The notes: generated by a model from the sequence alone, not told the origin. Positions 10,602 through 22,587 are shown, counted from the stretch's first letter. The stretch is DNA of 31,619 bases from Chiloscyllium plagiosum (GCF_004010195.1 NC_057757.1:5432430-5464048); one strand, 5' to 3'. Translations and numbers: made by a program.

Positions 10602-10759
10602 GATGCTGCTGAAAGGAGATTACATGTTTTTCCGTCAGATCAACATCTGGCCCCCGTTTGTGGTTATTGGTGTGTACGCGGCATCGCTGTCTGCTTCGAT
10701 GAGTACCCTGATTGGTGCCTCAAGGATTCTCCATGCCCTGGCCTGCGATGAACTTTTTG
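10602..10759 (+). CDS. SLC12A9: SLC12A9 coding exon MLLKGDYMFFRQINIWPPF...GASRILHALACDELF(G)
   Basis: CAG ending 10601; GTGAGT donor at 10760; 158 nt. Confidence 0.95.
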
Positions 10760-11179
10760 GTGAGTTATCCAGCCACTGGTTAAAAAGCAGCGGTGTTACC
10801 GAGTAACCCTGGCCCTCTCTGTGCCGGAATGGGACTATTTGGCACCACTCATTACTTTGGCGCTGAGCTGTTTTGGTGCCAATACATATAGATAACCATC
10901 GTGTGAAAAGTTTGGTTTGTCTCTCTCTTGCTTAGAATGTTTTCAGCTATTTCTGGTATGGGCTCTACAAGAAAATAGAAAGATAATTGTATTACAGCTT
11001 TCCAATGTGAAAACAGAGGGGCTTAAGTATCATCAAGGCAGTAAATGACTATTAACAATTGTTAAATGAGAAAATGATTACAAAACGAGATTTGAATCTA
11101 CAGCAGATCATTACAGCTTTGACTATCAACTCTTGCTAGTTGAGAAAACTACATTGGGTCATCCTCTCTAAGTAGGGAG

Positions 11180-11535
11180 TGGCACAATGGCTCAGTGGTT
11201 AGCACTGTTGCCTCGCAGCGTCAGAGACAGCCCCCAGCCCTGTCCCTGTACCTCAGATCCTCCAACCCTTGCAATGTCCTTGTAAATCTTTTCCCCTAAA
11301 GGGACCCACGGGGCAACTTTGTCATGCAGAGGGTGGTACGTGCATGGAATGAGCTGGAAGTAGTGGAGGCTGGTACAATTGCAACACTTAAAAGGCATCT
11401 GGATGGGTGTATGAATAGGGAGGGCTTGGAGGGATATGCGCTGGGTTGCTGGCAGGTGGGATTAAGTTAGGTTAGGATATCTGGTCAGCATGGGCGGGTT
11501 CGACCGAAGGGTCTGTTTCTCTGCTGTATGACTCT
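11180..11535 (+). mobile_element. Chimera: SINE head + inverted CR1 piece + CR1 3' end
   Basis: SINE head 11180-11225; minus-orientation CR1 piece to about 11292 (ccttgtaaatctttt); plus-orientation CR1 tail about 11298-11535. Confidence 0.65.
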
Positions 11536-11844
11536 ACAGCCTTGTGTTGCTCTCCACCATTTGGAGTGTGTGTAAATGTTGTTGTTGTTGGTTGAGGTAG
11601 GAACCATTCTCCATATCTGTCAGAGGGCTGGCTTGGAACCCTTCTCCTGAGGCAGAGGTCCCAGGGCCATCAGCAGTGGAACAGGCCAGGAATACTGCTA
11701 TCTTGGGATAATGAGGTGGTGTGTGATGACCCCTCGGGGTGGATCTGTGGGAGCAGGGGTTAGCGAGGTCTCCACAGGAGACAGTGCCTCGGAAGGCTGC
11801 AGAATTCCAGCTGCTAACCAGTTTGGTTTGGTTTTGTAATACAG

Positions 11845-11927
11845 GTGTAATACTGGCCCCTGCGAAGAAGACATCTAAGACAGGAAACCCCTGGGTCGCA
11901 GTGCTCTACACCTGGTCAATGGTTCAG
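11845..11927 (+). CDS. SLC12A9: SLC12A9 coding exon VILAPAKKTSKTGNPWVAVLYTWSMVQ
   Basis: ACAG ending 11844; GTAAGA donor at 11928; 83 nt. Confidence 0.94.
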
Positions 11928-12158
11928 GTAAGAACAGTACCACCTCGGTTATGAAATGTTCACCTGTTTTTAAGAACTCTGTGGGACCACTCTGTCCACC
12001 CACCTTACCCTGGGCTGTCATCTGACTTCCCTCCTGCATGGCTTAGTTAATGTTAGTTTTGTGTCGGTGTTCCCATGGTGACTGCTGAAGGCCTCCATTG
12101 GCGCATTGTCTTGGTGGAACATTCCAGACCCTAATCCCACTCGCTGTTTGAGGGCCAT

Positions 12159-12230
12159 TGTTTGTTTCTGTCTCCATGTTTGTTTCTGTCTCCATGTTTG
12201 TTTCTGTCTCCATGTTTGTTTCTGTCTCCA
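12159..12230 (+). repeat. 18-bp minisatellite x4 (TGTTTGTTTCTGTCTCCA)
   Basis: Read directly; explains the METETN and RQKQTW repeat ORFs. Confidence 0.95.
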
Positions 12231-12429
12231 ATCTGACTCCTCTTTATTTATTTTCTCTCCCCCCCCCCCCCCCCCCCCTTCTGTTCCCACTAGTTGGAGT
12301 GGTTTCTCCTGACCTCCCATGTAGGCCCCGATCTAACCTCCCGGTCCTTGCTCCAGCTGCCATCACTCCCCCTCGGCATTTTGTGTGGCACCCTTGGCTA
12401 ATCCTCCCCTTTCCTTACCTGCTGTCGGG

Positions 12430-12713
12430 GGGGTGGGGGAAAAGATGTGTTTTTTTTTAGCATTTGTCCCAAGATAATGATGAAGGCCTACTCCATACCC
12501 CCAACCCTGGCCAATAATGGGAAGTGCCGACAGACTGGTGTTAACTCGAAGACATTGTCCTCAAGGCGTGAGGGGTGGGGGAAAAGATGTGTTTTTTTTT
12601 AGCATTTGTCCCAAGATAATGATGAAGGCCTACTCCATACCCCCAACCCCGGCCAATAATGAGAAGTGCCGACAGACTGGTGTTAACTCGAAGACATTGT
12701 CCTCAAGGCGTGA
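12430..12713 (+). repeat. Tandem duplication, 142-bp period
   Basis: ggggtgggggaaaagatgtg...tcaaggcgtga occurs twice with two substitutions seen. Confidence 0.92.
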
Positions 12714-12947
12714 AAGAAAGTTCCTGGAATTCTGGCAGCATCTGGAGAAAGTGTGTTAGGCCCTGCAGCTCCGTAAAAGCGGCCTGGTGTGTCAACAGTC
12801 TCTCTGCCAATGGCCTCCCCTCCACTGAATTAGGAGATGGGTTTGGTTGAGGGGAGCTCTTTGATTTGAGGTGTTCCCTCAATCCTGTGAATGCTCACCC
12901 CCCTCCACTCCAAATTCCCTTGGGGGGTGAATGTGGGGTTGATTGCT

Positions 12948-13482
12948 TTATTCACTCACTGGATGTGGCCATCGCTGGCTAGGCCCAGCATTTATCACCC
13001 ATCCCTAATCGCCCCAGGCAGTGGTTAAGAGTCAACCCCTTTGCTGTGGGTCTGGAGTTGCGTGAAGGCCTGACTGGGTCAGGACAGCAGTTACCTTCCC
13101 TGAAGGGGCACCAGACAGGGTTTTCTGACAATGAATTCATGCTCATTTCAGATTTAAAAAAAAAATTGAATTCCAGTCCCACCATCTTCCAGGTCCCCAG
13201 GACATTCTTTGAGTTAACAAGGCAAAAGTGAGGTCTGCAGATGCTGGAGATCAGAGACAAGATTAGTGTGGTGCTGGAAAAGCACATCAGGTCAGGCTGC
13301 ATCCGAGGAGCAGGAAAAATTGATGTTTCAGGCAAACTTTCTTCAGGAATTGGGTTTTTGGCCGAAATGTTGTTTCCCCTGCTCCTCTGATGCTGCCTGA
13401 CTTTCTGTGCTTTTCCAGCGCCACTCTAATCCTGTGTCTGGGTTAATATTCCAGTAAATAGTACCACTAGGGCCATTGCCTC
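12948..13482 (-). mobile_element. Second tRNA-headed SINE family, interrupted by a palindromic Penelope-type element
   Basis: Homologous to 8315-8660 over 12948-13219 and 13439-13482. Confidence 0.7.
13222..13436. mobile_element. Palindromic Penelope-type element (family A)
   Basis: Arms gtggtgctggaaaagcacatcaggtcaggctgcatccgaggagcagg and cctgctcctctgatgctgcctgactttctgtgcttttccagcgccac. Confidence 0.75.
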
Positions 13483-13593
13483 TTGGGGGAAGATTTCTGT
13501 AACAACAAAGTGAACCCATGCTCCATTTTTAAACTTTGCCTCCCATCTCACCCCGTTTCTATTTATTTCTCCCCCCACCTTCCCCGTTGATAG

Positions 13594-13718
13594 TGTGTGC
13601 TGTTTGCCGGCAAGTTGAACACCATCGCTGGGGTAGTCACCATCTTCTTCCTGATGGCCTATGCTGCTGTTGATCTCGCTTGCCTGGCCCTGGAATGGGC
13701 CTCTGCCCCCAACTTCAG
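13594..13718 (+). CDS. SLC12A9: SLC12A9 coding exon [41 protein letters not shown](R)
   Basis: TAG acceptor 13591-13593; GTAAT donor at 13719; 125 nt. Not in the ORF track. Confidence 0.95.
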
Positions 13719-14029
13719 GTAATGCCCACCCCCTCCCAATAGGGGAAGGAGCTCGCTGTGTTTAGATATAACTGTCAGGCGTTACTGCAGTGACCTAGCC
13801 GGAGGCAGGACAAGACTGCATGTAGATGAATGAGTGATGCGTGACTTCCCCTGGCCATGTGAAGCAGGCCACTCGGCCCCTCTGCTGCACCAATTATAGT
13901 TGCCGTCCTGGCTCCCCATTCTTCACCCTTCAACCCCCACTCCCAGCTCGATTTTAACCAGAGATTCCCGACTTGGAGTGGATCAGTGGTTCAGGGTGAG
14001 CTTGCCAATTTGATACAAACTTCAGCTTG

Positions 14030-15022
14030 AGAGTGATGGGAGGGTTGGTTTTTTTGGATTGGAGGCCTGTGACCAGTGGTGTTCCACAGGATTGATAGAG
14101 TCCACTTTTGTTTGTCATTTATATAAACAAACTGGATGAGAATATGGGAGGTATAGTTAGTAGGTTTGCGGATGACACCAAGATTGGTGGTAGAGTTGAC
14201 ATTGCAGGAGGTTATCTGATATTACAAAGATGTCTTGATTTATACAACTAATGGTGGGGCCCCAGGTCGTGTTGCAGAACAGACTGAGGGGAATTATGTA
14301 CTGTAAGGTACATAATTCGTTTGAAGTTTGCATCACATGTACGCAGGTTAAGGCATTTAGCACACGTGCCTTCATTGCTCAGACCCTTGTGTTGGGACGT
14401 CATGCTCAGGTTGTACAGGACGTTTGATTTTACTGCTCCTCGGATGCCGCCTGAACTGCTGTGCTCTTCCAGCACCACTAATCCAGAAGGACGACATTGT
14501 GAGGCCTCTTCTGAAATACAGTGTGCAATTCTGGTCACCCTGTTATAGGAAGGATATTATTAAACTGTAGAGGGTTCAGAAGAGATTTACCAGGATGTTG
14601 CTGGGAATGGAGGATTGGAGTTATAAGGAGAGGCTGGGACTTTATCTCCTGGAGGAAAGGAGGCCGAGGGGTGACCTTAGAGATTTTATAAAATCGTGAG
14701 GGTTAGAGAGAAGGTAGATGGTAGATGTCTTTTCCCTAGGGTAGGGGATTTCAAGACTAGGGGTATAATTTTAAAGGTGAGAGGAGAAAGACTTTTAAAA
14801 GACCAGTGAATTTATTTAGTGGTTTGTGCATAGAATTAACTTCCTGTCAAAGTGGTGGATGCTGGTATAGTTACAACACTTAAGACATTTTGGATAAGTC
14901 CATGACTAGGAAAGGTTTGGAGGGATATGGGCCAGTAGCAGGCAGCTGGGACTAGTTTAGTTTGGGATTATGGTCAGCATGGACTGGTTGGGCCGAAGGG
15001 TCTGTTTCCGTGCTGTATGACT
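14030..15022 (+). mobile_element. CR1-type LINE fragment (RT domain remnant to 3' tail) with a nested Penelope-type fragment at about 14420-14487
   Basis: gtgaccagtggtgttccacagg (VTSGVPQG) and tttgcggatgacaccaagattgg (FADDTKIG); tail gggccgaagggtctgtttccgtgctgtatgactc. Confidence 0.88.
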
Positions 15023-15241
15023 CGAAAGAATGGATGGACTCTCTCTTTTTTCGGTATAAAATGTTCCGTGGGCGGTAGTTCCTGAGACTGTGTCTCTTGG
15101 AGAAACCGTTGAAGTTTCCCTTTCGAGGGGGGTGTGGGGTGAACTGTAGGAGGGATGCGGCCTAAAATGGCCCCCTTGGCTCTCCAAATGGGGAGTGTCG
15201 TTTGTGAGGTGTTTGTAACGGTGGTGTCTCCCCTCACTCAG

Positions 15242-15434
15242 GCCGACCTTCCAGCTCTTCAGTTGGCACACGTGCCTGCTGGGCATCATCAGCTGCTTGG
15301 TGATGATGTTCCTGATCAATCCAGCCTACGCCTCGTGTGGAATTGTCCTCATGCTCGCCCTCCTGGTGGTGATCCACTACCGATCTCCGACCAGCAGTTG
15401 GGGCTACATCAGCCAGGCCCTCATCTTCCACCAG
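15242..15434 (+). CDS. SLC12A9: SLC12A9 coding exon PTFQLFSWHTCLLG...SSWGYISQALIFHQ
   Basis: CAG ending 15241; GTGAGC donor at 15435; 193 nt. Confidence 0.95.
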
Positions 15435-16046
15435 GTGAGCGTTTTTGTGTGGGGTGGGCGGAAATCTGCTATTGGCCCCCTTGAGCTATGTTGGCTTGCT
15501 AGCTCCTGATTTGCAAGGGAGCATTTGAGAATTGGCCACTTTGCCCTGGGTCTGGAGTCACCCATGCCCGTTGAGGGTTAGTGACGGTTACTGTAGCCAC
15601 CAATAGCTTTGATTCTGGATTCCAAGTTGAATTTGTCTTCCTGCCGGTGGGATTGGAACCAACTGAGTTCTCCTGGTGTTACTAATAATGGTAACATCAC
15701 TGTTTTGGTGGGGGCGGGGGAGAATGGGGGAGGGAGGGTAACACCCTGCTATCTTCTCCCCTCCACTGTGAACATTGACCCCAGGATACTGGGGGCAGTG
15801 GAATTCGGGGTCAACACAGGATCTTGCTCAGCCTCTGGGGTGGGGGGGGCCTCTGTTTTAGCATCTCAACTGAAAAGGTGACTCTTCGGTCAGAGCAGGC
15901 TGTCGTCATGGTGGACCCCAGACAGCGTCGGCCTGGATTACAGGCTGCAACTAATCCTGCATGCGGAATGTGACGCGGTGACCTACAGGCCTGAGGCCTG
16001 GAAGCTGGGACGTCACGGGTCAGGTTGTCTTTATTCCTGTTTCCAG

Positions 16047-16221
16047 GTGCGGAAGTATTTGTTGCTGCTGGATGTCCGGAAAGAGCACGTCAAATTCTGG
16101 AGGCCTCAGATCCTGCTGATGGTGGCCAATCCACGGACCAGCGCCCAGCTCATAACCTTCATCAACGACCTCAAGAAAGGGGGGCTCTTTGTGCTGGGCC
16201 ACGTGCAAATCGGGGACCTTG
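16047..16221 (+). CDS. SLC12A9: SLC12A9 coding exon [24 protein letters not shown]...GHVQIGDL
   Basis: ttccag ending 16046; GTAAG donor at 16222; 175 nt. Confidence 0.96.
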
Positions 16222-17009
16222 GTAAGATGGCGCCTTTCTTCCGGTCGGAGAGGGTGGAGGTCGGTACGAAGTGACCTATACGTGACATTTTATGACTAGT
16301 TGCCGAAACACAGCTTCTCTTGGGTTGCCTGGCCAGATGACTAATCAAGCAAAGCCATCACATGAGCCAAATGTCGGTGGGGGGAGGGTGTGGGCCACAA
16401 AAATAATGTGGCCAATATAACAGTATTGCTTTATTTTCTGGTTTCTGTCATTGATTTGGGGCTTTGCTGAGGTCTGGGGCATGAGGGGTTCTGGGCTGTG
16501 GGGGCGGGCCCTCCTGACAGTTTCATTTAGTTTTAAACATAATTTGAAATGAAAAGCCCCCTCCGCTCCCAACAAAATCAAGAGGTTGCTATCAAAATTT
16601 TATAGGACCGGTTTGATTTTGGTGTCTCGTGATGACTATAGTTTTGGTGATGGGTGTAACGTTCTAGATTGGCTACATGTGGATGCCAACTGTACCAACC
16701 CAGAGGAGTGCGGATGAGGTGCCCAGTCCTATAATGTGACACCTGGGGGGGGGAGAAATCAATTAGCATTTTTTTTTGAAAAGATTATCTGGCACTCCCT
16801 CTTTCCATTTTCCTTTTTTAATCACCCTGTGCGACCCAACTCCCTAAAGCTGCAATTCAGCTGCAGAGGCAACTTTTTAAAATTTTATTTGCACAGCTGA
16901 CCTGGAATCTCGCCTCTTGCCATCTGTGGCTTTTAAAATTTCTTTACCACGTTTCACAACTGTGAAGTGGGATTCGGACCTTTTTCCTCCCCTGCTCCAG
17001 AGGTTTTAT

Positions 17010-17315
17010 TTCCTGGGATGTCATTGTCGTGGCCATCCCTAGTTGCCCCTTTAATGGGTTGCTTGCTTGGCCATTTTTGGTGTGCATGGAGTCACGTGTA
17101 GCATGGACTAGGTAAACAGTTCATTTCCTCTTCTTTAACCCCCCCCCCTCCACCTGACTCCTTAAAGGGGTATTAGCCCCTGATTTTTTGAGGGGCTTTG
17201 TATCGATGACCAACTTATTGAGAGTATTTCCAATTCTGGGTTTTACGAATTAGATTTAAATTCCACCATTTGCGCAATGAGCCACAGACCGTGGGTTATG
17301 AGCCTGGGCCACACA
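17010..17315 (-). mobile_element. Degenerate copy of the second SINE family
   Basis: gggatg...ccatccctagttgccc...ggagtcacgtgtag...atttaaattccacc. Confidence 0.5.
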
Positions 17316-17508
17316 ATGATTAGAACAGGAATGTTGCAACAGCGCAAGCCTTCCCTTGGTGGTTTGTGTTAAAATACAGGAGCTTTTTGGATGTTTGTTT
17401 TGTGAAGGAAGTGCCTTTTTTTTTTGTTTGTCGCGTTTTTGAGCTGCTTTCTGTGGGGAGTGTCAGCACTCTGAACTGATTCCCTCTTCCCCTCTTCCCC
17501 TCTTCCAG

Positions 17509-17655
17509 ACACACTTCCCATTGATCCCATCCAGCCCCAGTACAACTTCTGGCTGAGTCTCGTGGACAAGTTGAACGTCAAGGCATTTGTCGATCTGACT
17601 CTGTCCCCGACAGTGCGGCAGGGTGTGCAGCATCTACTCCGTATCACCGGGCTCG
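17509..17655 (+). CDS. SLC12A9: SLC12A9 coding exon (D)TLPIDPIQPQYNFWLSLVDKLNVKAFVDLTL...RITGL(G)
   Basis: Pyrimidine tract plus CAG ending 17508; GTAAG donor at 17656; 147 nt. Confidence 0.95.
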
Positions 17656-17769
17656 GTAAGAGGTCAAATCGCCCGGGGTGGGGTGCAGCAAGAGATCCGG
17701 TGATCGGCTTTGAGAAGCTCGGTGGGCGATGGAATGTTGGGATCCTCTTGAAGACTCTTTTTTTTTTTG

Positions 17770-18253
17770 GAGAACTGTGTCCAGTGTTGGCCGCCCTGTT
17801 ACAGGAAGGATGTTATTAAACTGGAGAGGGATGAGAAAGGGATTTACTGGGATATTGCAGGGAACACAGGGTTTTTACACTGGAGCATCTGAGGCTGAGG
17901 GGTGACCTAATGGCGGTTCATAAAAATCATGAAGGGTATAGATAAGGCGAATGGTAGTTGCCTTTTCTCCCCTCTCCTGGGTGTGAGATTAAGACCGGAG
18001 GATGTATTTTCAATGTGAGGAGAGATTTTTTTTAAAATACAGGCAATATTTATTTTACACTCTCACTTGTATATGGAATGAACTTCCAGAGGAAGTGGTG
18101 GATGTGGGTGTAGTTAGTGATTTAAAAGACACTTTTGGATAAGTTAATGGTTTGGAAATGTTTGGAGGGATATGGGCCAGGAGCAGGCAGGTGGGACTAG
18201 CCATCTGGGATTATGGTCAGCATGGACTAGTTGGGCTGAGGGGTCTGTTTCCT
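17770..18253 (+). mobile_element. CR1-type LINE 3' fragment
   Basis: aggctgaggggtgacctaat...gagggatatgggcc...gggtctgtttcc. Confidence 0.8.
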
Positions 18254-18899
18254 GACCGACCGACAACAGGAGGCCATTCAGCCCCATTCTAATCAATAAG
18301 ATTGTGCCTTCAATCCCACATCCCCTTCTGCCCAAAGTTTGAAACATCTGCTCCCTTGGATGGATGAATTAAATCCTGCCCCCCCCCCATTCCCTTTAAT
18401 ATTCAACAACCCTCCTCATCTCTCTCTTCAGTGGAGTGTCCCCTTCATTTTAAACTGTTGGCCATTGTTCTAGTCTCTTCTTTCTTGTCTTCCCCCCAAA
18501 ACCAACCAAAGGAGTCATTTGCCTTCAGCAATTGCCCTAATCCAGTGCTGGCACGTTGGGCAGAATGGCCTCCCATCATGCTGTGATTTGCAGAGTGTCC
18601 TCTGGATCTGAGCTGGTTGTACAGACTCTATTTCTGCTTCCGTTCTCCCCGCTCACCCAACTCCTCTACGTCTTTGATCAAAGTTTTTTTTTTTAGCTTT
18701 GAATATATCGGACAGCCCAGCTTTCACTGCTTTTTCCACCCCCCCCCAGTGAAGGGGGAGAGAACTACAAACACTGGCAATTGGGGGGGGGGGTGTAAGA
18801 ACAGGGAGTCCTCATTCCTAACATCAATGGAAACCCCCATTTGATCAGAGCGGCCTCCTTCCTGTTTATACAGCGAGCTCTGAGTTAGACACTTGACTC

Positions 18900-19705
18900 T
18901 CCAGAGTCCCACACAGACAGGATAGTGAAGGAGTTTCCTTTATTGGTCAGTGCATAGTGTATAGGAGCTGGAGGATCGTGTAAAAGATATTGAAGTTACT
19001 GTTGGAACATTGGGTGCAATTCTGTTCTCCCTCCTATAGGAAAGATGTTGTGAAACTTGAAAGGGTTCAGAAAAGATTTACAAGGATGTTGCCAGGGTTG
19101 GAGCTACGGGGAGAGGCTGAACAGGCTGTTTTCCCTAGAGTGTCGGAGGCTGAGGGGTGATGTTTTATAGAGGTTGATAAAATCATGAGGGGCATGGATT
19201 GGGTAAATAGACACAGTATTTTCCCTGGTGTCGGGGAGTCCAGAGCTAGAGGGCATAGGTTTAGGGTGAGAGGGGAATTAGGGTGAGGGGAGAAAGATTT
19301 AAGAGACCCAAGGGGCAACATTTTCACACAGAGGGTGGTGCGTGTATGGAATGAACTGCCAGAGGATGTGGTGGAGGCTGGTACAATTGCAACATTTAAG
19401 AGGCATTTGGATGGGTGTATGAATAGGAAGGGTTTGGAGGGATATGGGCCAAATGCTGGCAACCGGAGCTAGATTAGGTTAGGATATCTGGTCAGCATGG
19501 ACAGGTTGGACCGAAGGGTGTGTTTCCGTGCTGCGTGACTGACTCTGCCAGAGGAAGCGTTCGGGGTGGGTGTAATGACAATATTTGAAAGGCAGGTCCA
19601 TTGTGGATAGGGAAGATTTAGAGGGATATGGGCCAAACACAAATGAATGAGGCTTACAAGTTGGGGAAGCATGGGCTGTTTGGGCCGAAGGGCCTGTTTG
19701 TGGAC
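18900..19705 (+). mobile_element. CR1-type LINE 3' fragments (two adjacent tails)
   Basis: gatgttgtgaaacttgaaagggttcagaaaagatttacaagg...; tails end near 19540 and 19705. Confidence 0.82.
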
Positions 19706-19784
19706 TGTCTGCCCGTTGTTGTTGTTGTCGTCGTCGTCGCTGAGGAGCTGACGCGTGATTGTTTTCTCTGTCTCTGTCTCTCAG

Positions 19785-20584
19785 GTGGGATGAAGCCTAA
19801 CACGTTGGTCCTTGGATTCTACGACCACTCCGTTCCTGATGACTACTTCCTGCATGACCCGGCCTTCAGGGACGCCAGAGACAACAATGACCACTTTGGT
19901 GTGGACCTTGCCTCGCTGCAGGCCCACTTCCCCCCCGTGCGGGACGGCGAGACCCCCAAGAACCTGTCTGAGCAGGAGTACGTCGCTATCATCTCCGACG
20001 CGCTCAAGATGCAGAAGAATGTGTGCCTGGCGCGGGGTTTCTTTGCCATGGACCGGAAGGGGCTGCTGCTGTCCAAGACGCGGCCGGAGAGGGTGTCCAT
20101 TGACGTGTGGCCTCTGAACCTTCTGAGGCCTGACAGCACTGACTACGTGGACGTGTGCAGCCTCTTCCTGCTGCAGATGGCCTGTGTCCTGACCATGGTG
20201 GCCTCCTGGAAGGCCGCACGCCTGCGGATCTTCCTGTGCATCGAGCCCGGCGACGGCAGCTGGGTCCGGAAGGAGGAGAAGCTGCGCCGGCTCTTGGACC
20301 AGCTGCGCATCAAGGCCACCATCAAGATTGTCACCTGGGAGGCGGTGGGGCCTAGCGGGCAGGCCTCAGCCGACCATGTCTCCGATGGATATCTGCGGGC
20401 GGTCAACCGTATGATCCTAGACCAGGGTTTCCACACGGCTGTCCGGTTCCTCTACCTGCCCAGGCCTCCTGCTGAAACCACCCACTCCCAACGCTACCTG
20501 GAGCAGCTGGCTATCCTGACTGAAGATTTGGGGCCTACACTCCTGATCCACGGCCTAACTCCAGTCACCTGCACCGACCTATGA
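19785..20584 (+). CDS. SLC12A9: SLC12A9 terminal coding exon (cytoplasmic C-terminal domain) GMKPNTLVLGFYD...VTCTDL*
   Basis: (TC)-rich tract plus CAG ending 19784; 800 nt to TGA at 20582-20584. Confidence 0.96.
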
Positions 20585-20681
20585 CAGGCTCCACCAGATA
20601 TCCCCGGCTCCCTTTAAAAACAGAAAGCCCTGATGGGCACAGACTCTGAACTCTAACTGACCATCTCGTCTGGTCAGCAAA

Positions 20682-20912
20682 AATAAAACCGTGCCTCGGA
20701 CACTTTATTTAAAAAGAGAGAGAGAAAAAGGGTGGGGTTCTTGCTCATCGCTGTTATTTATACTTAAATAAATGAAGAATGGGGTAGGGCTTTGAGGGGA
20801 AAGGATTGTGTAATTTGGATTTAAAATGTTTTTTTTCCAGAAGTGAGGGTGGGATTCTAACTTATTAAAACGTTAAACAATATTTGTTCCGCGTTTTTTG
20901 TTTGGTTTTTCC
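20682..20912 (+). terminator. Candidate SLC12A9 polyadenylation signals
   Basis: AATAAA at 20682 and 20767; ATTAAA at 20864 followed by a GT/T-rich tract at about 20891-20912. Which one is used is unknown. Confidence 0.5.
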
Positions 20913-21227
20913 GACTGACTCCGTGTCAGTCCGAGATCTTCCTGTGTAGTGATTTGGTGAGGTGTTGCCATGGTAATGACAGCCCAGGCCCTCCAGCCAA
21001 CTCCCAACATTGTCTCTGTCAGACCTTCCCAACCAGGGCCTGGGGGCTACCCCACGCAGACCATCCTGACGATGGCCTCTGCCTGTAGGGAAGGCCCAGA
21101 TGGATCTTGAGCCTCCCTCTGTTTCCAGGGAGTGAGTTCCTGGTTTGGAGCCAGTCCACTACTTTTTCTCTCCTCCCTTCAACCCCCCCCCCCCCCTTTC
21201 CTTTTTTCTTTCTCTTTCCCTCCTTTC

Positions 21228-21718
21228 ACTTCTGTACAGACTGGGACCAGGCCTTCCAACTCCTGTACTCAATACTCTGACCAATAAAGGAAAGCATACC
21301 AAACACCGCCTTCATTATCCTATCTACCTGCAACTTCACTATCAAGGAGCTATGAACCTGCACTCCAAGGTCTCATTGTTCAACCCTCCCAGGGCCTTAC
21401 CATTTTAAGTGTATAAGTCCTGCTAAGATTTGCTTTCCCCAAGATGCAGCACCTCAATTTAACTAAATTAACCTCCATCTGCCATTCCTCAGTCCATTTG
21501 ATCACGGTCCCATTGTACTGAGAAAATCTTCACTGTCCACCGTGCCACCACTTTGGGTGTCATCTGCAAATTACCTCCTGCCTTCACATCTAAATAATTT
21601 ATATAAACGAAAAGCAGTGGACCCGGCGTTGACCCTTGTGGCACACCGCTGGTCACAGGCCTCCAGGCTGAAAAGCAACCCTCCAGCACCACCCTCTGTC
21701 TCCTTCCTTCGAGCCAAG
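21228..21718 (-). mobile_element. CR1-type LINE RT fragment
   Basis: ORF 21489-21692 contains [26 protein letters not shown], followed by a frameshifted FADDT (tgtcatctgcaaa on the + strand). Confidence 0.88.
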
Positions 21719-22386
21719 TTTAAACCCCTCCTGAGCATTGACCCTTTTGTGCACCTCGTACCCCACACCAGCCAGACTGCTGTTCTAAAGCAGTTACGTG
21801 TCACCATCAGAGGTCAGTGTTTTGAGGTGGTCAGAGTCCATCTCAAATGTTGCGTGGACCTAAGACCTCTCCTGTATTTTGTTTTGGATTTTTTTTTTGC
21901 CAATGCTGAGGATTCCAGATAATCCTTCTCAATCCCAGATCTTCTGAAAAAGCACTTCTGTTTATTCAAGGGAGATGCTCCATTACCCCTCTTCTTTTTT
22001 TTTTTTCCCAGCCAAGTTGGTGATTTTTGTAAACTATCTTTGCTATATATTTTTGGGTCCCCTATATCCTTCTAGTTTATCATCATTTTTATGTGAAAAT
22101 GGATACACCATATTTGCTTAATGAGTCTTTACCTGTCTGTTTTCATTCATATTCACCCTCTGTTGCTTTTCCGAGCTGTCCCTGTTTTGCTGGGTTTCAA
22201 AGTTATTTTGGCTAGATGACCTTTTTTTTTTTTTTCCCCTCCTTTCAGGTTTCCTGGTCTATCATGACCGCATTCTGCTGGGTGCATAACTTGATCGTGC
22301 TGTACACAAAAGTAGGCTTCTCAATTTCAAATTAAAAGACCATATCTACACTCCATAATTTCTTGCCCATCAGGCAACCCGTGGGA

Positions 22387-22583
22387 TCGAGAGTGTGGTG
22401 CTGGAAAAGCATAGCAGATCAGGCAGCATCTGAGGAGCAGGAGAATCGACGTTTCGGGCAAAACGCCTTGTTTTGGGAAAGACCCTTCATCATCAACTCT
22501 CCTGCTCCTTGGCTGCTGCCTGACCTGCTGTGCTTTTCCAGCATCGCGCTCTTGACTGTGATCTGCAGTCCTCCCTTTCACCT
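22387..22583. mobile_element. Palindromic Penelope-type element (family A)
   Basis: Same arms as 26310-26503; degenerate minus-strand hammerhead at 22448-22493. Confidence 0.75.
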
Positions 22584-22587
22584 AACC

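Larger units (their letters stand above)
312..20584 (+). other. SLC12A9: SLC12A9 gene body (5'-partial): 11 coding exons, about 779 aa encoded in the window
   Basis: Manual splicing at AG/GT sites gives one continuous frame with CCC-family motifs ([64 protein letters not shown]) and an SLC12A9-type C-terminus LLIHGLTPVTCTDL*. Exon sizes 144/297/108/112/158/83/125/193/175/147/800; phases all compatible. Confidence 0.96.

Noticed and set aside
12018..12460. Repetitive ORFs (METETN, RQKQTW, MFVSVS) or a CRISPR-like array
   Set aside because: A simple 18-bp minisatellite without spacers in a vertebrate intron.
15735..15950. Possible Deu-domain SINE remnant (also about 24790-24845)
   Set aside because: Similarity seen only by eye and too degenerate to call without alignment.
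19628..19784. In-frame 5' extension of the last SLC12A9 exon (318-aa ORF with poly-Val)
   Set aside because: The ATG lies in a CR1 tail and poly-Val comes from a (GTT)n(GTC)n microsatellite; a strong acceptor at 19784 explains the real exon start.
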